From Streptococcus mitis (GTDB lineage Bacteria; Bacillota; Bacilli; Lactobacillales; Streptococcaceae), in assembly GCA_963515655.1 (NCBI GenBank), contig CAUPZW010000008.1:5019-69018 (forward strand): a stretch of 64,000 nt of DNA, read 5' to 3'. This document shows positions 45,561-57,522 of this stretch, in pieces. Every line of letters starts with the position of its first letter. The first letter of the stretch is position 1. A program made the translations under genes and the position numbers. A model generated the notes under the pieces. That model searched no databases and was not told where the DNA came from. It saw only the letters and a list, made by a program, of their open reading frames with translations.

Positions 45561-46823
45561 ATGACTAAAGAAAATATTAAACTTTTTTCAGAAATGCACG
45601 CTGAACCAAGCTGGTTGGCTGATCTCCGTCAAAAAGCTTTTGACAAGATTGAGACTTTGGAATTACCAGTTATTGAACGTGTGAAATTCCACCGTTGGAA
45701 TCTGGGTGATGGAACGATTACAGAAAATGAGCCATCAGCAAATGTTCCAGATTTCACTGCTTTAGATAATCACTTGAAATTGGTGCAGGTTGGAACTCAA
45801 ACAGTTTTTGAGCAAATTCCAGTTGAGTTGGCTGAACAAGGAGTGGTCTTTACAGACTTCCATTCGGCTTTAGAAGAAATTCCAGAACTCGTAGAAGAAT
45901 TTTTCATGTCATCAGTAAAATATGACGATGACAAATTGGCAGCCTACCACACAGCTTACTTTAATAGTGGTGCTGTTCTCTATATTCCAGACAATGTAGA
46001 AATCACAGAACCAATCGAAGGAATTTTCTACCAAGATAGTGATAGTGATGTGCCATTTAACAAGCATATTCTGATCATTGCAGGTAAAAACTCTAAAATC
46101 AGCTACCTCGAACGTTTAGAATCACGCGGTGAGGGTAGTGCTAAGGCGACTGCTAATATCACTGTTGAAGTGATTGCACGTTCTGGTGCTCAAGTGAAAT
46201 TTGCTGCGATTGACCGTCTAGGTGAAAACGTCACTGCTTACATTAGCCGTCGTGGTAAATTAGGCAACGATGCAAGCATTGACTGGGCCATCGGTGTTAT
46301 GAACGAAGGAAACGTCGTTGCTGACTTTGATAGTGACTTGATTGGTAACGGTAGCCATGCCGACCTTAAAGTCGTAGCTCTTTCAAGTGGCCGTCAGGTG
46401 CAAGGAATTGATACTCGTGTAACCAACTATGGTTGCAACTCAATCGGAAATATCCTACAACATGGGGTTATTCTTGAAAAAGCAACCTTGACCTTCAATG
46501 GTATTGGCCACATTATCAAGGGTGCCAAGGGAGCAGATGCGCAACAAGAGAGCCGTGTTCTTATGCTTTCAGACCAAGCGCGTTCAGATGCCAATCCAAT
46601 TCTTTTGATTGACGAAAATGATGTTACTGCAGGTCACGCAGCTTCTATCGGTCAGGTGGATCCAGAAGACATGTACTACCTCATGAGCCGTGGTTTAGAT
46701 AAGGCAACTGCAGAACGTTTGGTTGTCCGTGGTTTCCTTGGCTCCGTTATCGTTGAGATTCCAGTCAAGGAAGTTCGTGATGAAATGATTGCAACTATCG
46801 AAGAAAAATTGTCAAAACGCTAA
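45561..46823 (+). CDS. sufD: Fe-S cluster assembly protein SufD
   Basis: It has the SufB/D beta-helix family C-terminus ([13 protein letters not shown]) and lies between sufC and sufS. Confidence 0.9.
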   Translation: MTKENIKLFSEMHAEPSWLADLRQKAFDKIETLELPVIERVKFHRWNLGDGTITENEPSANVPDFTALDNHLKLVQVGTQTVFEQIPVELAEQGVVFTDFHSALEEIPELVEEFFMSSVKYDDDKLAAYHTAYFNSGAVLYIPDNVEITEPIEGIFYQDSDSDVPFNKHILIIAGKNSKISYLERLESRGEGSAKATANITVEVIARSGAQVKFAAIDRLGENVTAYISRRGKLGNDASIDWAIGVMNEGNVVADFDSDLIGNGSHADLKVVALSSGRQVQGIDTRVTNYGCNSIGNILQHGVILEKATLTFNGIGHIIKGAKGADAQQESRVLMLSDQARSDANPILLIDENDVTAGHAASIGQVDPEDMYYLMSRGLDKATAERLVVRGFLGSVIVEIPVKEVRDEMIATIEEKLSKR

Positions 46824-46830
46824 GGGGTAG

Positions 46831-48487
<1,657 letters not shown>

Positions 48488-48544
48488 GACAAGTTTCTTT
48501 TGTCTTATGAATCAGTAGAAATGAAGAATGAAAGAAAGGATATT

Positions 48545-49957
48545 ATGGCTGAAGAAAGAGTAGAACCAAAACCAATTGACCTTGGTGAATATAAATTTGG
48601 TTTCCATGACGATGTAGAGCCTGTCCTATCGACAGGAAAAGGATTGAACGAAGATGTCATTCGCGAATTATCAGCTGCTAAGGGAGAACCTGAGTGGATG
48701 TTAGAATTCCGTTTGAAGTCTTATGAAACCTTCAAAAAAATGCCTATGCAAACTTGGGGAGCGGACTTGTCAGAGATTGACTTTGATGACTTGATTTACT
48801 ATCAAAAACCATCTGACAAACCAGCTCGTTCTTGGGATGACGTTCCTGAAAAAATCAAAGAAACCTTTGAACGTATCGGTATTCCAGAAGCTGAACGTGC
48901 CTATCTAGCAGGGGCCTCTGCCCAGTACGAGTCAGAAGTGGTTTACCACAACATGAAGGAAGAGTTCCAGAAATTGGGGATTATCTTTACAGATACAGAT
49001 TCTGCCCTCAAGGAATATCCAGACTTGTTTAAACAATACTTTGCCAAGTTGGTACCGCCGACTGATAACAAGTTGGCTGCACTCAACTCAGCAGTATGGT
49101 CTGGTGGAACCTTTATTTACGTACCAAAAGGGGTCAAGGTAGATATCCCACTTCAAACTTACTTCCGTATCAACAACGAAAATACAGGTCAGTTCGAACG
49201 TACCTTGATTATCGTTGATGAGGGAGCAAGTGTACACTACGTAGAAGGATGTACAGCACCAACATATTCAAGCAATAGCCTGCACGCGGCCATTGTAGAA
49301 ATCTTTGCTTTGGATGGAGCTTATATGCGTTATACAACCATCCAAAACTGGTCTGACAACGTTTATAATTTGGTAACAAAACGTGCCAAAGCCTTGAAAG
49401 ATGCGACGGTTGAGTGGATTGATGGAAACTTGGGTGCCAAAACAACTATGAAATACCCATCTGTTTACCTAGATGGAGAAGGGGCGCGTGGGACTATGCT
49501 TTCTATTGCCTTTGCCAATGCAGGGCAACATCAGGATACTGGTGCTAAGATGATCCACAATGCTCCACATACTAGCTCATCTATCGTGTCTAAATCAATC
49601 GCTAAAGGCGGCGGAAAGGTTGACTACCGTGGACAAGTAACCTTTAACAAAAACTCTAAGAAATCTGTCTCACACATCGAGTGTGACACCATTATTATGG
49701 ATGACTTGTCAGCGTCAGATACTATTCCATTTAACGAAATCCACAACTCGCAAGTGGCTTTGGAACACGAAGCCAAGGTTTCTAAGATTTCAGAAGAACA
49801 ACTCTATTACCTCATGAGCCGTGGATTGTCAGAATCTGAGGCAACAGAGATGATTGTCATGGGATTTGTAGAGCCCTTCACAAAAGAACTTCCAATGGAA
49901 TATGCAGTTGAGCTGAACCGCTTGATTAGCTACGAGATGGAAGGATCAGTCGGGTAA
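48545..49957 (+). CDS. sufB: Fe-S cluster assembly scaffold SufB
   Basis: It starts [10 protein letters not shown] after an AAAGGA RBS and has a conserved SufB core ([19 protein letters not shown]). Confidence 0.95.
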   Translation: MAEERVEPKPIDLGEYKFGFHDDVEPVLSTGKGLNEDVIRELSAAKGEPEWMLEFRLKSYETFKKMPMQTWGADLSEIDFDDLIYYQKPSDKPARSWDDVPEKIKETFERIGIPEAERAYLAGASAQYESEVVYHNMKEEFQKLGIIFTDTDSALKEYPDLFKQYFAKLVPPTDNKLAALNSAVWSGGTFIYVPKGVKVDIPLQTYFRINNENTGQFERTLIIVDEGASVHYVEGCTAPTYSSNSLHAAIVEIFALDGAYMRYTTIQNWSDNVYNLVTKRAKALKDATVEWIDGNLGAKTTMKYPSVYLDGEGARGTMLSIAFANAGQHQDTGAKMIHNAPHTSSSIVSKSIAKGGGKVDYRGQVTFNKNSKKSVSHIECDTIIMDDLSASDTIPFNEIHNSQVALEHEAKVSKISEEQLYYLMSRGLSESEATEMIVMGFVEPFTKELPMEYAVELNRLISYEMEGSVG

Positions 49958-50044
49958 AATTTGATTTTAGGTTTACTCAAAATCAAAGACTTTGAAGATG
50001 AACTTGTAACAAAAAGAGACTGAGAAAAAATATTTTAAGAACAG

Positions 50045-50091
50045 AAAACGCATGATATCAGGTGCCCCAAAAACTTGATATTATGCGTTTT
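50045..50091 (+). terminator. suf operon intrinsic terminator
   Basis: It is an AAAACGCATGATATCA...TGATATTATGCGTTTT hairpin with a 16-bp stem, one mismatch and a T-rich tail. Confidence 0.65.
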
Positions 50092-50339
50092 ATTGTGGGA
50101 AGGTTTATTGTATTCTCTCATGAAATAGAGTTTTTCTAAACGCTTTTGACTTTTGATATATTGTTGTGAGGACGAAGTAATACAATATATAAAGTAGTCA
50201 GTTCAAGGCAGGATATAATGTCTAAGGGGCTACTAATAGCAAGTATGTTCTTTATTTTGATATTTTTCTTAATCCAACAGACACTTACACTTTGAAACCC
50301 GTTCTCTAATCAATTCAAACCCTATACTTATTCAAATAT

Positions 50340-50555
50340 ATTGTGGCTGATGTAGGTTATGGTAGCGAATAAAACTATGTTTTTATTTGTGAATGATGAA
50401 AGATACTTCTTATTCCCTATACCATGCATCAGAAGGAATTGACATAAAAGAATCAGATTAGCGCAGATAACCTAATGAATTGGGAATATCTTGAAAACAA
50501 AGATTAGTTTATAAGATTTGGAACCGTTTTCTGTCATAATCTTTCAGGAAAGTAG
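50340..50555 (+). pseudogene. Stop-riddled remnant of an IS1182-family-like transposase
   Basis: A single frame reads IVADVGYGSE*NYVFICE**KILLIPYTMHQKELT*KNQISADNLMNWEYLENKD*FIRFGTVF. It resembles the (A/V)D(A/S)GYGSEENY...KYNYFHKEQ...NL.Y..E.D.Y.CP block of IS1182-type transposases, as I recall it. Confidence 0.35.
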
Positions 50556-50621
50556 TTGCTAAAAGATGTAAAAATTGATAGAATAAGGATTGTCTAAAAA
50601 ATTTTAAGGAGAATCTATCAA

Positions 50622-51527
50622 ATGGATTTCACATGGGCAATTAAATATGCCACTGAATTTTTGGCCACTGCTCTTTTGATCGTTCTTGGAAATGGTGCAG
50701 TTGCCAACGTTGAACTTAAAGGTACGAAAGGTCACCAAAGTGGCTGGATCGTTATCGCTGTTGGTTACGGTATGGGGGTTATGATTCCTGCCTTGATGTT
50801 TGGTAACGTATCTGGAAACCACATCAACCCAGCCTTCACTCTTGGACTTGCAGTCAGCGGTCTATTCCCTTGGGCACAAGTTGCGCCTTATATCGTCGCA
50901 CAAGTTTTGGGTGCTATTTTTGGCCAAGCCTTGGTTGTGGTAACACACCGCCCATACTACTTGAAAACTGAAAATCCAAACAACATCTTGGGTACTTTCT
51001 CAACAATTTCAAGTTTGGATAATGGTTCAAAAGAATCACGCTTTGCAGCAACTGTTAATGGTTTTGTAAACGAGTTTGTTGGTTCATTTGTCCTTTTCTT
51101 TGCAGCACTTGGTTTAACTAAACACTTCTTTGGTGCTGAACTAGTGTCAAAAGCGCAAGCGGCTATCAATTCTCAAGTTGCTCAAGCAACTACTCAAGGT
51201 CAAACAATTCCTCAAGAACAAGTAACAGCAGCACTTGAACAAGCTAAAGAACAAGTAGCTCCATTTATGACATCAGGTCTTGGAATTGCTCATTTGGCAC
51301 TTGGTTTCCTCGTTATGGCCTTGGTAACATCACTTGGTGGACCTACAGGACCTGCCTTGAATCCAGCCCGTGACTTTGGTCCACGTCTCCTTCATGCTTT
51401 CCTTCCAAAATCAGTTCTTGGTGAGCACAAAGGTGATTCAAAATGGTGGTATTCTTGGGTACCAGTAGTAGCACCTATCGCAGCAGCAATTGCAGCAGTA
51501 GCTGTTTTCAAATTCCTTTACCTATAA
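50622..51527 (+). CDS. MIP-family channel (aquaporin / glycerol facilitator-like)
   Basis: It has two NPA boxes (HINPAFT, LNPARD) and six TM segments, with an unusually long Q/A-rich loop between the halves. Confidence 0.9.
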   Translation: MDFTWAIKYATEFLATALLIVLGNGAVANVELKGTKGHQSGWIVIAVGYGMGVMIPALMFGNVSGNHINPAFTLGLAVSGLFPWAQVAPYIVAQVLGAIFGQALVVVTHRPYYLKTENPNNILGTFSTISSLDNGSKESRFAATVNGFVNEFVGSFVLFFAALGLTKHFFGAELVSKAQAAINSQVAQATTQGQTIPQEQVTAALEQAKEQVAPFMTSGLGIAHLALGFLVMALVTSLGGPTGPALNPARDFGPRLLHAFLPKSVLGEHKGDSKWWYSWVPVVAPIAAAIAAVAVFKFLYL

Positions 51528-51566
51528 GAAATTGAGTTCTTTATCCATTGTAATGGATTGAAGCAA

Positions 51567-51608
51567 AGATAAGATCTAGAAAGGGCAAATTTTGTCCTTT
51601 CTTTTTTT
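51567..51608 (+). terminator. Intrinsic terminator, copy B of the repeated 39-bp module
   Basis: The sequence is AGATAAGATCTAGAAAGGGCAAATTTTGTCCTTTCTTTTTTT. It differs from copy A (17696) at 2 positions over 39 nt. Confidence 0.7.
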
Positions 51609-52325
51609 GATATTGCGAATTGTGAAAGTCTGTTTTTTGCAGTTGTCAAAGTTTCGAAAATCAAAGGTATTGCATTGGATAAGATTATTATTCTCTCCTA
51701 ACTTTACGTTGGAATAAGGTAATTGAAGAGGGAGTAGATGCTTTCTTTATTAAGATTCTAAAAAGTCTAAAAGCGAGGATTAGCTAGCTCTAGATTCTTC
51801 TCAATGAGTACGCAAAACCTTACTCTAAAAGTAAAAATGTAGAATATTATAGTGGTGCTTTAATTCTTATTAGCAACTCAAGAGTGTCTCTATAATCTCT
51901 TTAGTAGTTAAGCACATACGAAAAGTCGGCGATACAATAGTTCGCTACTATGCTGTTAGTAGGGGTTGATGACCATGTACTAATGAAATATTTGATTAAA
52001 TTGCTTCATGGTTTGGCATGATTTACAATTCGCCTTAAGTATTGAAGTAGAAAAATTTGGTGGACTGTTTTAGCCGGAATTTAGGAGTATAATAACAAAT
52101 GGTAAAAAAGATTAAGAATGATTTTATCGTCTAGGGCTTAGTATGAGAAAAAAGTTTTCAATATCAAGCAGTTGTGATAAAATGTAATTGTTCCATAGGA
52201 TTCTTTCTAATGATGGCTTGGTCGCTTTTCACTATAGATTTTATGGGACTTTTTTCTACATCAAAATAGGCTCCATAATATCTATAAGGGATTTACCCAC
52301 TATAAATATTATAGAGCCTTTTTTA

Positions 52326-52625
52326 TCAGAATGGCAATTTCCCTGCGAAAGCACCTAATTTTTTCTTAGTCGTTTCATCGATTTGTTCAAGAGCAGAGTT
52401 GATGGCTTGAACAGTCATATCAGAAAGAGTTTCAAGGTCTTCCGGGTCAACGACAGCTGGATTGAAGTCAATACTGACAACTTTCTTATCTCCAGTTAAG
52501 GTAGCTTGAACAAGGTCTTGAGCAGATTTGCCAACAAATTGCATAGCAGCAAGCTCAGCTTGACTTTGTTCCATTTGTTTTTGAAGTTTTTGTGCTTGAC
52601 GCATCATATTTTGCATGTTCATCAT
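52326..52625 (-). CDS. ybaB: Nucleoid-associated protein YbaB/EbfC
   Basis: The 99-aa product has the [16 protein letters not shown]-terminus and a tweezer-like YbaB family pattern. Confidence 0.9.
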
Positions 52626-52810
52626 GGTGATTTACAGTTTCCTTTTATCTTATTTTCTTTCCTATTTTATCAATTTTAGGTTTAAAAGTCTATTGTTAGT
52701 ATGAATCTACTAACATTAAATTGTCTGAAAATTTATTGAAAAATGAGTGAAAACATGTTATAATGAAACGTAAAATTAATTAAGGTTTCCTGAACCAATA
52801 GGAGTAAACA

Positions 52811-53683
52811 ATGAAAAAACTAGGTTTTATCCTTTTATCTTCAGCCTTGCTATTGACAGCTTGTGCTGTTAGGTTTGAAAAATCAGCAGATACAACCGAT
52901 TCGTCTAAGGTGACAGCCTTGTCTGAAGATAAGCAAAAAATGCTTGATAAGGCCACAGCTGACTATAAGACTTTTGTGCAAGAGCAAATTGATAAACTTT
53001 TGACAGATACGGAAGGCTTTGTCAAACTGTTGAAAGAAGGTAAGTTAGAAGAAGCCAAGAAGGTCTATCCATTGATTCGTATGTCTTATGAGCGTTCAGA
53101 ACCAATTGCCGAAAGTTTTGGTGAGTCAGATGTCAAGATTGACTTCCGTTTGGCAGACTATATGGACGAAAACAAGACCGAGAAAGGTTGGTCAGGTTTC
53201 CATCGTATCGAGCGTATACTTTGGGAAGACAATACAACAAAAGGAACTGAAATCTACGGAGATCAGTTGGTTAATGATATCAAGGAATTGAAAGCTAAGA
53301 TTGCAACTGTAGATGTGGATTACAAGGTTATGTTGACTGGAGCAGTTGACTTGCTTAACGAAGTAGCGACAAGCAAGATTACAGGTGAAGAGGAAATTTA
53401 TTCTCATACAGACTTGTATGACTTCCGTGCCAATATTGAGGGAGCTGAGAAGATTTTCCAACTCTTTAAACCTTTACTTGAAAAATCAGACGCTAACCTA
53501 GTTAAAGAATTGGAAGCAGATTTCAAGTCTGTCAATAGCTTGTTAGACAAACACATGACCGACAAGGAACACTATAAGCTCTATACTGATTTGACAAAAG
53601 AAGATACCAAAGAATTGTCAGAAGCTGTGACAAAACTTGGTGAGCCTCTATCACAAATGGGTAAATTTCTTAGTGGAGAATAA
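52811..53683 (+). CDS. efeO: EfeO/EfeM-type (imelysin-like) iron-binding lipoprotein
   Basis: It has an LTAC lipobox and the GFHRIERILW HxxE metal motif. It is the first gene of the efe operon. Confidence 0.8.
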   Translation: MKKLGFILLSSALLLTACAVRFEKSADTTDSSKVTALSEDKQKMLDKATADYKTFVQEQIDKLLTDTEGFVKLLKEGKLEEAKKVYPLIRMSYERSEPIAESFGESDVKIDFRLADYMDENKTEKGWSGFHRIERILWEDNTTKGTEIYGDQLVNDIKELKAKIATVDVDYKVMLTGAVDLLNEVATSKITGEEEIYSHTDLYDFRANIEGAEKIFQLFKPLLEKSDANLVKELEADFKSVNSLLDKHMTDKEHYKLYTDLTKEDTKELSEAVTKLGEPLSQMGKFLSGE

Positions 53684-53688
53684 GAGTC

Positions 53689-54903
53689 ATGACTGAAAAA
53701 GACGAAAAGTTTTTTGAAAAGAAAATGGACCGTCGAGAATTTCTAAAAAAAGCAGGGATTGGAGGGGCTGGTTTAGCGCTAGGACTCTCTGGTGCTTCTG
53801 CTTTTTTCGCACCTAAGCTAGGAAGTCAGGAAAAAATCTCGTACGGAAATGAAAAAATTGCTTTTTATGGCAAGCATCAAGCAGGGATTAGTACGCCCAT
53901 GCAAAAAAATATCTATTTTGTTGTCTTGGATTTGCATACGACGGATAAGGATAAGATTATTCAGTTGTTCAAGGATTGGACGGATTATAGTGCCAAGTTG
54001 GTCGAGGGGGAATTGGTCAAAAAAGATGGCCAGAATGCTCTCTTGCCTCCGAGCGATACTGGTGAAACAGTCGGGCTCAATCCTCATCGTTTGACGCTAA
54101 CTTTTGGTGTTTCTGCGAGTTTCTTGAAAAAGATGAACTTGGAAAACAATCGTCCACAACTGTTTAGGGATTTACCGCCTTTTCCTAAAGAGCAATTGCG
54201 TGAAAAATATACTGGTGGAGATATTGTGATTCAGGCTTGTGCCGATGATGAGCAAGTTGCCTTTCATGCTATTCGAAATCTCATCCGTAAGGGGAGAAAT
54301 GCGGTGACCCTTCGTTGGAGTCAGTCTGGTTTTGCAGCTATCGGAGATCGAATGGAGACTCCGCGTAACCTCTTTGGTTTTAAAGATGGGACAGCAAATC
54401 CAACCAAGGAGCAAGACTTTGACCGCGTCATCTGGGCTGATAGTAAGGACTGGATGGAAAATGGATCTTATATGGCAGTTCGTCGGATTCAGATGTTTTT
54501 AGAGACCTGGGACCGTACTAGTCTTGAAGAACAAGAAAATACCTTTGGTCGTTACAAGGAAAGTGGTGCCCCCTTTGGTAAGAAAAATGAGTTTGATGAA
54601 GTGGATTTGAGTCTCTTACCTGATGATTCGCATGTTCGTTTGGCTAAAGAAGTGGAGAAACCACTTTTACGTCGTTCTTACTCTTACTCAGATGGGATTG
54701 ATGAAAAAACTGGCCAGTTTGATACGGGCTTGCTCTTCATTTCTTTCCAGAAGGATCCTGATAACTTTGTCAAGGTTCAAACCAATCTAGGTGCTACTGA
54801 TAAGATGAATGAATATATCACTCACATAGGTAGTGGACTTTTTGCTTGCTTTGGTGGTGTGGAGAAAGGAGGCTACATTGGTCAGAAATTATTGGAAGGC
54901 TAA
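53689..54903 (+). CDS. efeB: Dyp-type peroxidase EfeB with twin-arginine signal peptide
   Basis: It has the Tat motif DRREFLKKAG followed by a hydrophobic region, and a Dyp core (FGFKDGTANP). Confidence 0.9.
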   Translation: MTEKDEKFFEKKMDRREFLKKAGIGGAGLALGLSGASAFFAPKLGSQEKISYGNEKIAFYGKHQAGISTPMQKNIYFVVLDLHTTDKDKIIQLFKDWTDYSAKLVEGELVKKDGQNALLPPSDTGETVGLNPHRLTLTFGVSASFLKKMNLENNRPQLFRDLPPFPKEQLREKYTGGDIVIQACADDEQVAFHAIRNLIRKGRNAVTLRWSQSGFAAIGDRMETPRNLFGFKDGTANPTKEQDFDRVIWADSKDWMENGSYMAVRRIQMFLETWDRTSLEEQENTFGRYKESGAPFGKKNEFDEVDLSLLPDDSHVRLAKEVEKPLLRRSYSYSDGIDEKTGQFDTGLLFISFQKDPDNFVKVQTNLGATDKMNEYITHIGSGLFACFGGVEKGGYIGQKLLEG

Positions 54904-56575
54904 AAGCTGGTTCTTGGTTTTAGCTTTGTCATTTTTAATTCTTTCCCCAGTAGGTGCCCAAGAAAGCTTGAGTTCTTACTTTGTAAAAATCACAGATGCT
55001 TCTAAAGCGGTCAAAAATGGGAATCAGTCTGAGGGCCAGAAACTCGTTCAGGAGATGGCAACAGACTTTGAAAGAGTAGAAGACAGTAATTCTGAGGCTG
55101 GTAAAGTCGTTAAGGAAAAGTTAGCTCAATCAGGAGATATCACTGAAGATAAACTCACTGAAATTTCTTCAGCCTTATTAGCCTTTGAAAAAGAACAAAA
55201 TCCTATGGATTTAGATGCGGAAAAGGAAAAATTGGTAAACCGTCTAAGTCCTCGTTTTGAAGCCTTGGAACAAGCCATTGCCTCTAAAGATTTGGAAAAG
55301 GTTCGAGAATCCTTTAAGAAAATGAATTCCACTTGGACCATCAATGAAAGTGTGGTTCGTGACAATAGTACAGCTCATTATGGACGTGTTGAAACAGCCA
55401 TCTCTTTTCTGCGTAGTAGTATGGAAACCGAGCCTACAGATTTCAACTCAATCCAGACTTCCTTTGAGAACTTAAAAAAGGCTATTGATGATTTTGTAAC
55501 TGGAAAAGAAATAGCAGCAACATCTTCGGATTTGACTCTCAAAGACGGCATTGCCCTTTTGAAGAAGGCTTTGGAACAATTTCAAGCTGGTGATCAAGCA
55601 TCAGGAGCCGCTAGTATGAAGGAATTCATCACTATCTGGCCAACAATTGAAGGTTCTGTTAGCACGACCAATCCTTCCCTCTATACTCGAGTGGAAAGTG
55701 AAAGCCCTGTGATTATGGTCAAGGGAAGTGAAAAGGAATACCAAGAAAAATTAGAAAAACTGATTGCAGATTTATCACAAATTGATACCAGTGCACGTTA
55801 CAATGCCTTTGATGCTATGCTCATTCTCCTGAGAGAAGGTGTAGAGGCCCTTTTAATCGTTATGGCTTTGGTAACGACCTTGAAAGCAGCCAAGCTGCGT
55901 AAAGGGCTCAAGTGGGTTTATGGTGGTGCTATCACAGGAATCATGGCAAGTCTGGTTATTGCTTTCATCCTGCAAATTGCTTTTCCAGCAGTGACATCAG
56001 GATCCAATCGTGAAATCATAGAAGGAGCAGTGGGGATTTTTGCGGTAGTTATGATGATTTTGATTGGAATCTGGCTTCACAGCAAGTCCTCAGTCAAAAA
56101 ATGGAATACCTTTATGGAGTCACAAATGGAAACAGTGACTAAGACAGGTTCCTTTATTTCCATGTTTGCTCTCAGTTTTCTAGCTGTTTTCCGTGAGGGA
56201 GCAGAAACCATTCTCTTTTATGTTGGGATTCTACCAAGAATTTCCAGCTTTGAATTTGTCTTGGGAATTTCTCTTGCCTTGCTAGTTCTGGTAATTATTG
56301 CCGTTGTGATGAACAAGGCCAGTCAATTCTTCCTGCCACATAAGGTTTTCTTTATCCTGACTTGGATGATTTATGCCTTAGCCTTTAAGATGCTGGGGGT
56401 TAGTATCCATGCTCTTCAGTTGACCAATATGGCACCAAATCACTTGCTGACAGGATTTCCAACAAACGACCTGCTTGGAATTTACCCAAGTTGGGAAGGT
56501 TTGATCAGTCAGCTAATCTTTATTATTATTGTCTTGATTGTCACTTTCAGACAGGGTGAAGAATACGATGGATAG
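54878..56575 (+). CDS. efeU: FTR1-family iron permease EfeU with long N-terminal extracytoplasmic domain
   Basis: The TTG at 54878 follows a GGAGAAAGGAGG RBS. The signal peptide ends VGA/QE. Two REXXE motifs (REGVEA, REGAET) sit in the C-terminal 7-TM half. Confidence 0.8.
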   Translation: MVRNYWKAKSWFLVLALSFLILSPVGAQESLSSYFVKITDASKAVKNGNQSEGQKLVQEMATDFERVEDSNSEAGKVVKEKLAQSGDITEDKLTEISSALLAFEKEQNPMDLDAEKEKLVNRLSPRFEALEQAIASKDLEKVRESFKKMNSTWTINESVVRDNSTAHYGRVETAISFLRSSMETEPTDFNSIQTSFENLKKAIDDFVTGKEIAATSSDLTLKDGIALLKKALEQFQAGDQASGAASMKEFITIWPTIEGSVSTTNPSLYTRVESESPVIMVKGSEKEYQEKLEKLIADLSQIDTSARYNAFDAMLILLREGVEALLIVMALVTTLKAAKLRKGLKWVYGGAITGIMASLVIAFILQIAFPAVTSGSNREIIEGAVGIFAVVMMILIGIWLHSKSSVKKWNTFMESQMETVTKTGSFISMFALSFLAVFREGAETILFYVGILPRISSFEFVLGISLALLVLVIIAVVMNKASQFFLPHKVFFILTWMIYALAFKMLGVSIHALQLTNMAPNHLLTGFPTNDLLGIYPSWEGLISQLIFIIIVLIVTFRQGEEYDG

Positions 56576-57299
56576 AAAAGAATTGACAATCGTTGAACAT
56601 CTGGTAGAATTTAGAAAGAGATTATTGGCAGTGGTCATTTGTTTCTTTTTGGTATTCTGTGTCTCCTTGCTTTTCGCAGACCAGATTTACCAGTATGTGA
56701 CCCAATTTTTTCAGCAAAAGTTGATTGTTTTAGGGCCAAATGATATTTTATGGATTTACATACGCTTAGCTAGTCTGATGGCCTTTACTATCACCCTACC
56801 TTACACGGTGTATCATATTTGGTCTTTCATTAAACCTGGTTTAAAGAAGGAAGAAGCTAGAGCTATTTTTGCTTATATTCCAGCTAGTTTCCTTTGTTTT
56901 CTAGTTGGACTGGCTTTTGGTTTTTACTTTGTAACACCAGCCTTACTTCAGGTTTTATTAGGGCTAGGAGAAGGACTATTTGAAACGCAGTTAACAGCCC
57001 AAAATTATCTGTCCTTTGTTTTTCAAACGACCTTGCCCTTGGCTCTGATTTTTGAATTGCCGGTTATCATTGCCTTTTTGACGTCGATTGGGCTCATTGG
57101 ACCAGAATTGTTGATTGCTTATCGCCGATATGCTTATTTTATCTTATTGGTACTTGCAGTCATCTTGACACCAGCCGACTTTGTTAGTGATTTGGCAATG
57201 ACTGCCCCCTTGATTTTACTCTATGAATTGAGTATTGCTATCAGCAAACACATTATGAAACGCAAGCAGAAAGGAGCGAGAAATGGGAATCTTACGTGA
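56568..57299 (+). CDS. tatC: Twin-arginine translocase subunit TatC
   Basis: It has the MDRKELTIVEHLVEFRKRL start typical of TatC and six TM segments. Its start overlaps the efeU stop. Confidence 0.9.
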   Translation: MDRKELTIVEHLVEFRKRLLAVVICFFLVFCVSLLFADQIYQYVTQFFQQKLIVLGPNDILWIYIRLASLMAFTITLPYTVYHIWSFIKPGLKKEEARAIFAYIPASFLCFLVGLAFGFYFVTPALLQVLLGLGEGLFETQLTAQNYLSFVFQTTLPLALIFELPVIIAFLTSIGLIGPELLIAYRRYAYFILLVLAVILTPADFVSDLAMTAPLILLYELSIAISKHIMKRKQKGARNGNLT

Positions 57300-57453
57300 T
57301 ATCGGAGCACCAGGATTGATTATTATCGTTTTAGGAGCTCTCTTAATCTTCGGACCAAAACGATTGCCTGAACTAGGCGAATCAATTGGTAAAATGCTAT
57401 CCGAATTTAAAAAAGCAGTTAAAGGAAATGAAAATCAAGATAAGGAAGACTAA
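57283..57453 (+). CDS. tatA: Twin-arginine translocase subunit TatA (56 aa, below the ORF-track cutoff)
   Basis: An AAGGAG RBS precedes it. The product is MGILRDIGAPGLIIIVLGALLIFGPKRLPELGESIGKMLSEFKKAVKG..., with the canonical TatA TM segment, FGPK hinge and amphipathic helix. Confidence 0.88.
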   Translation: MGILRDIGAPGLIIIVLGALLIFGPKRLPELGESIGKMLSEFKKAVKGNENQDKED

Positions 57454-57470
57454 ATCTTGTCTAATAAAAA

Positions 57471-57522
57471 ACTTTGTACTCTGGTAACCATTGTGTGGCT
57501 AGCTAGAGTGCAAAGTTTTTTT
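57471..57522 (+). terminator. efe-tat operon intrinsic terminator
   Basis: It is an ACTTTGTACTCT...AGAGTGCAAAGT hairpin followed by T7. Confidence 0.65.
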
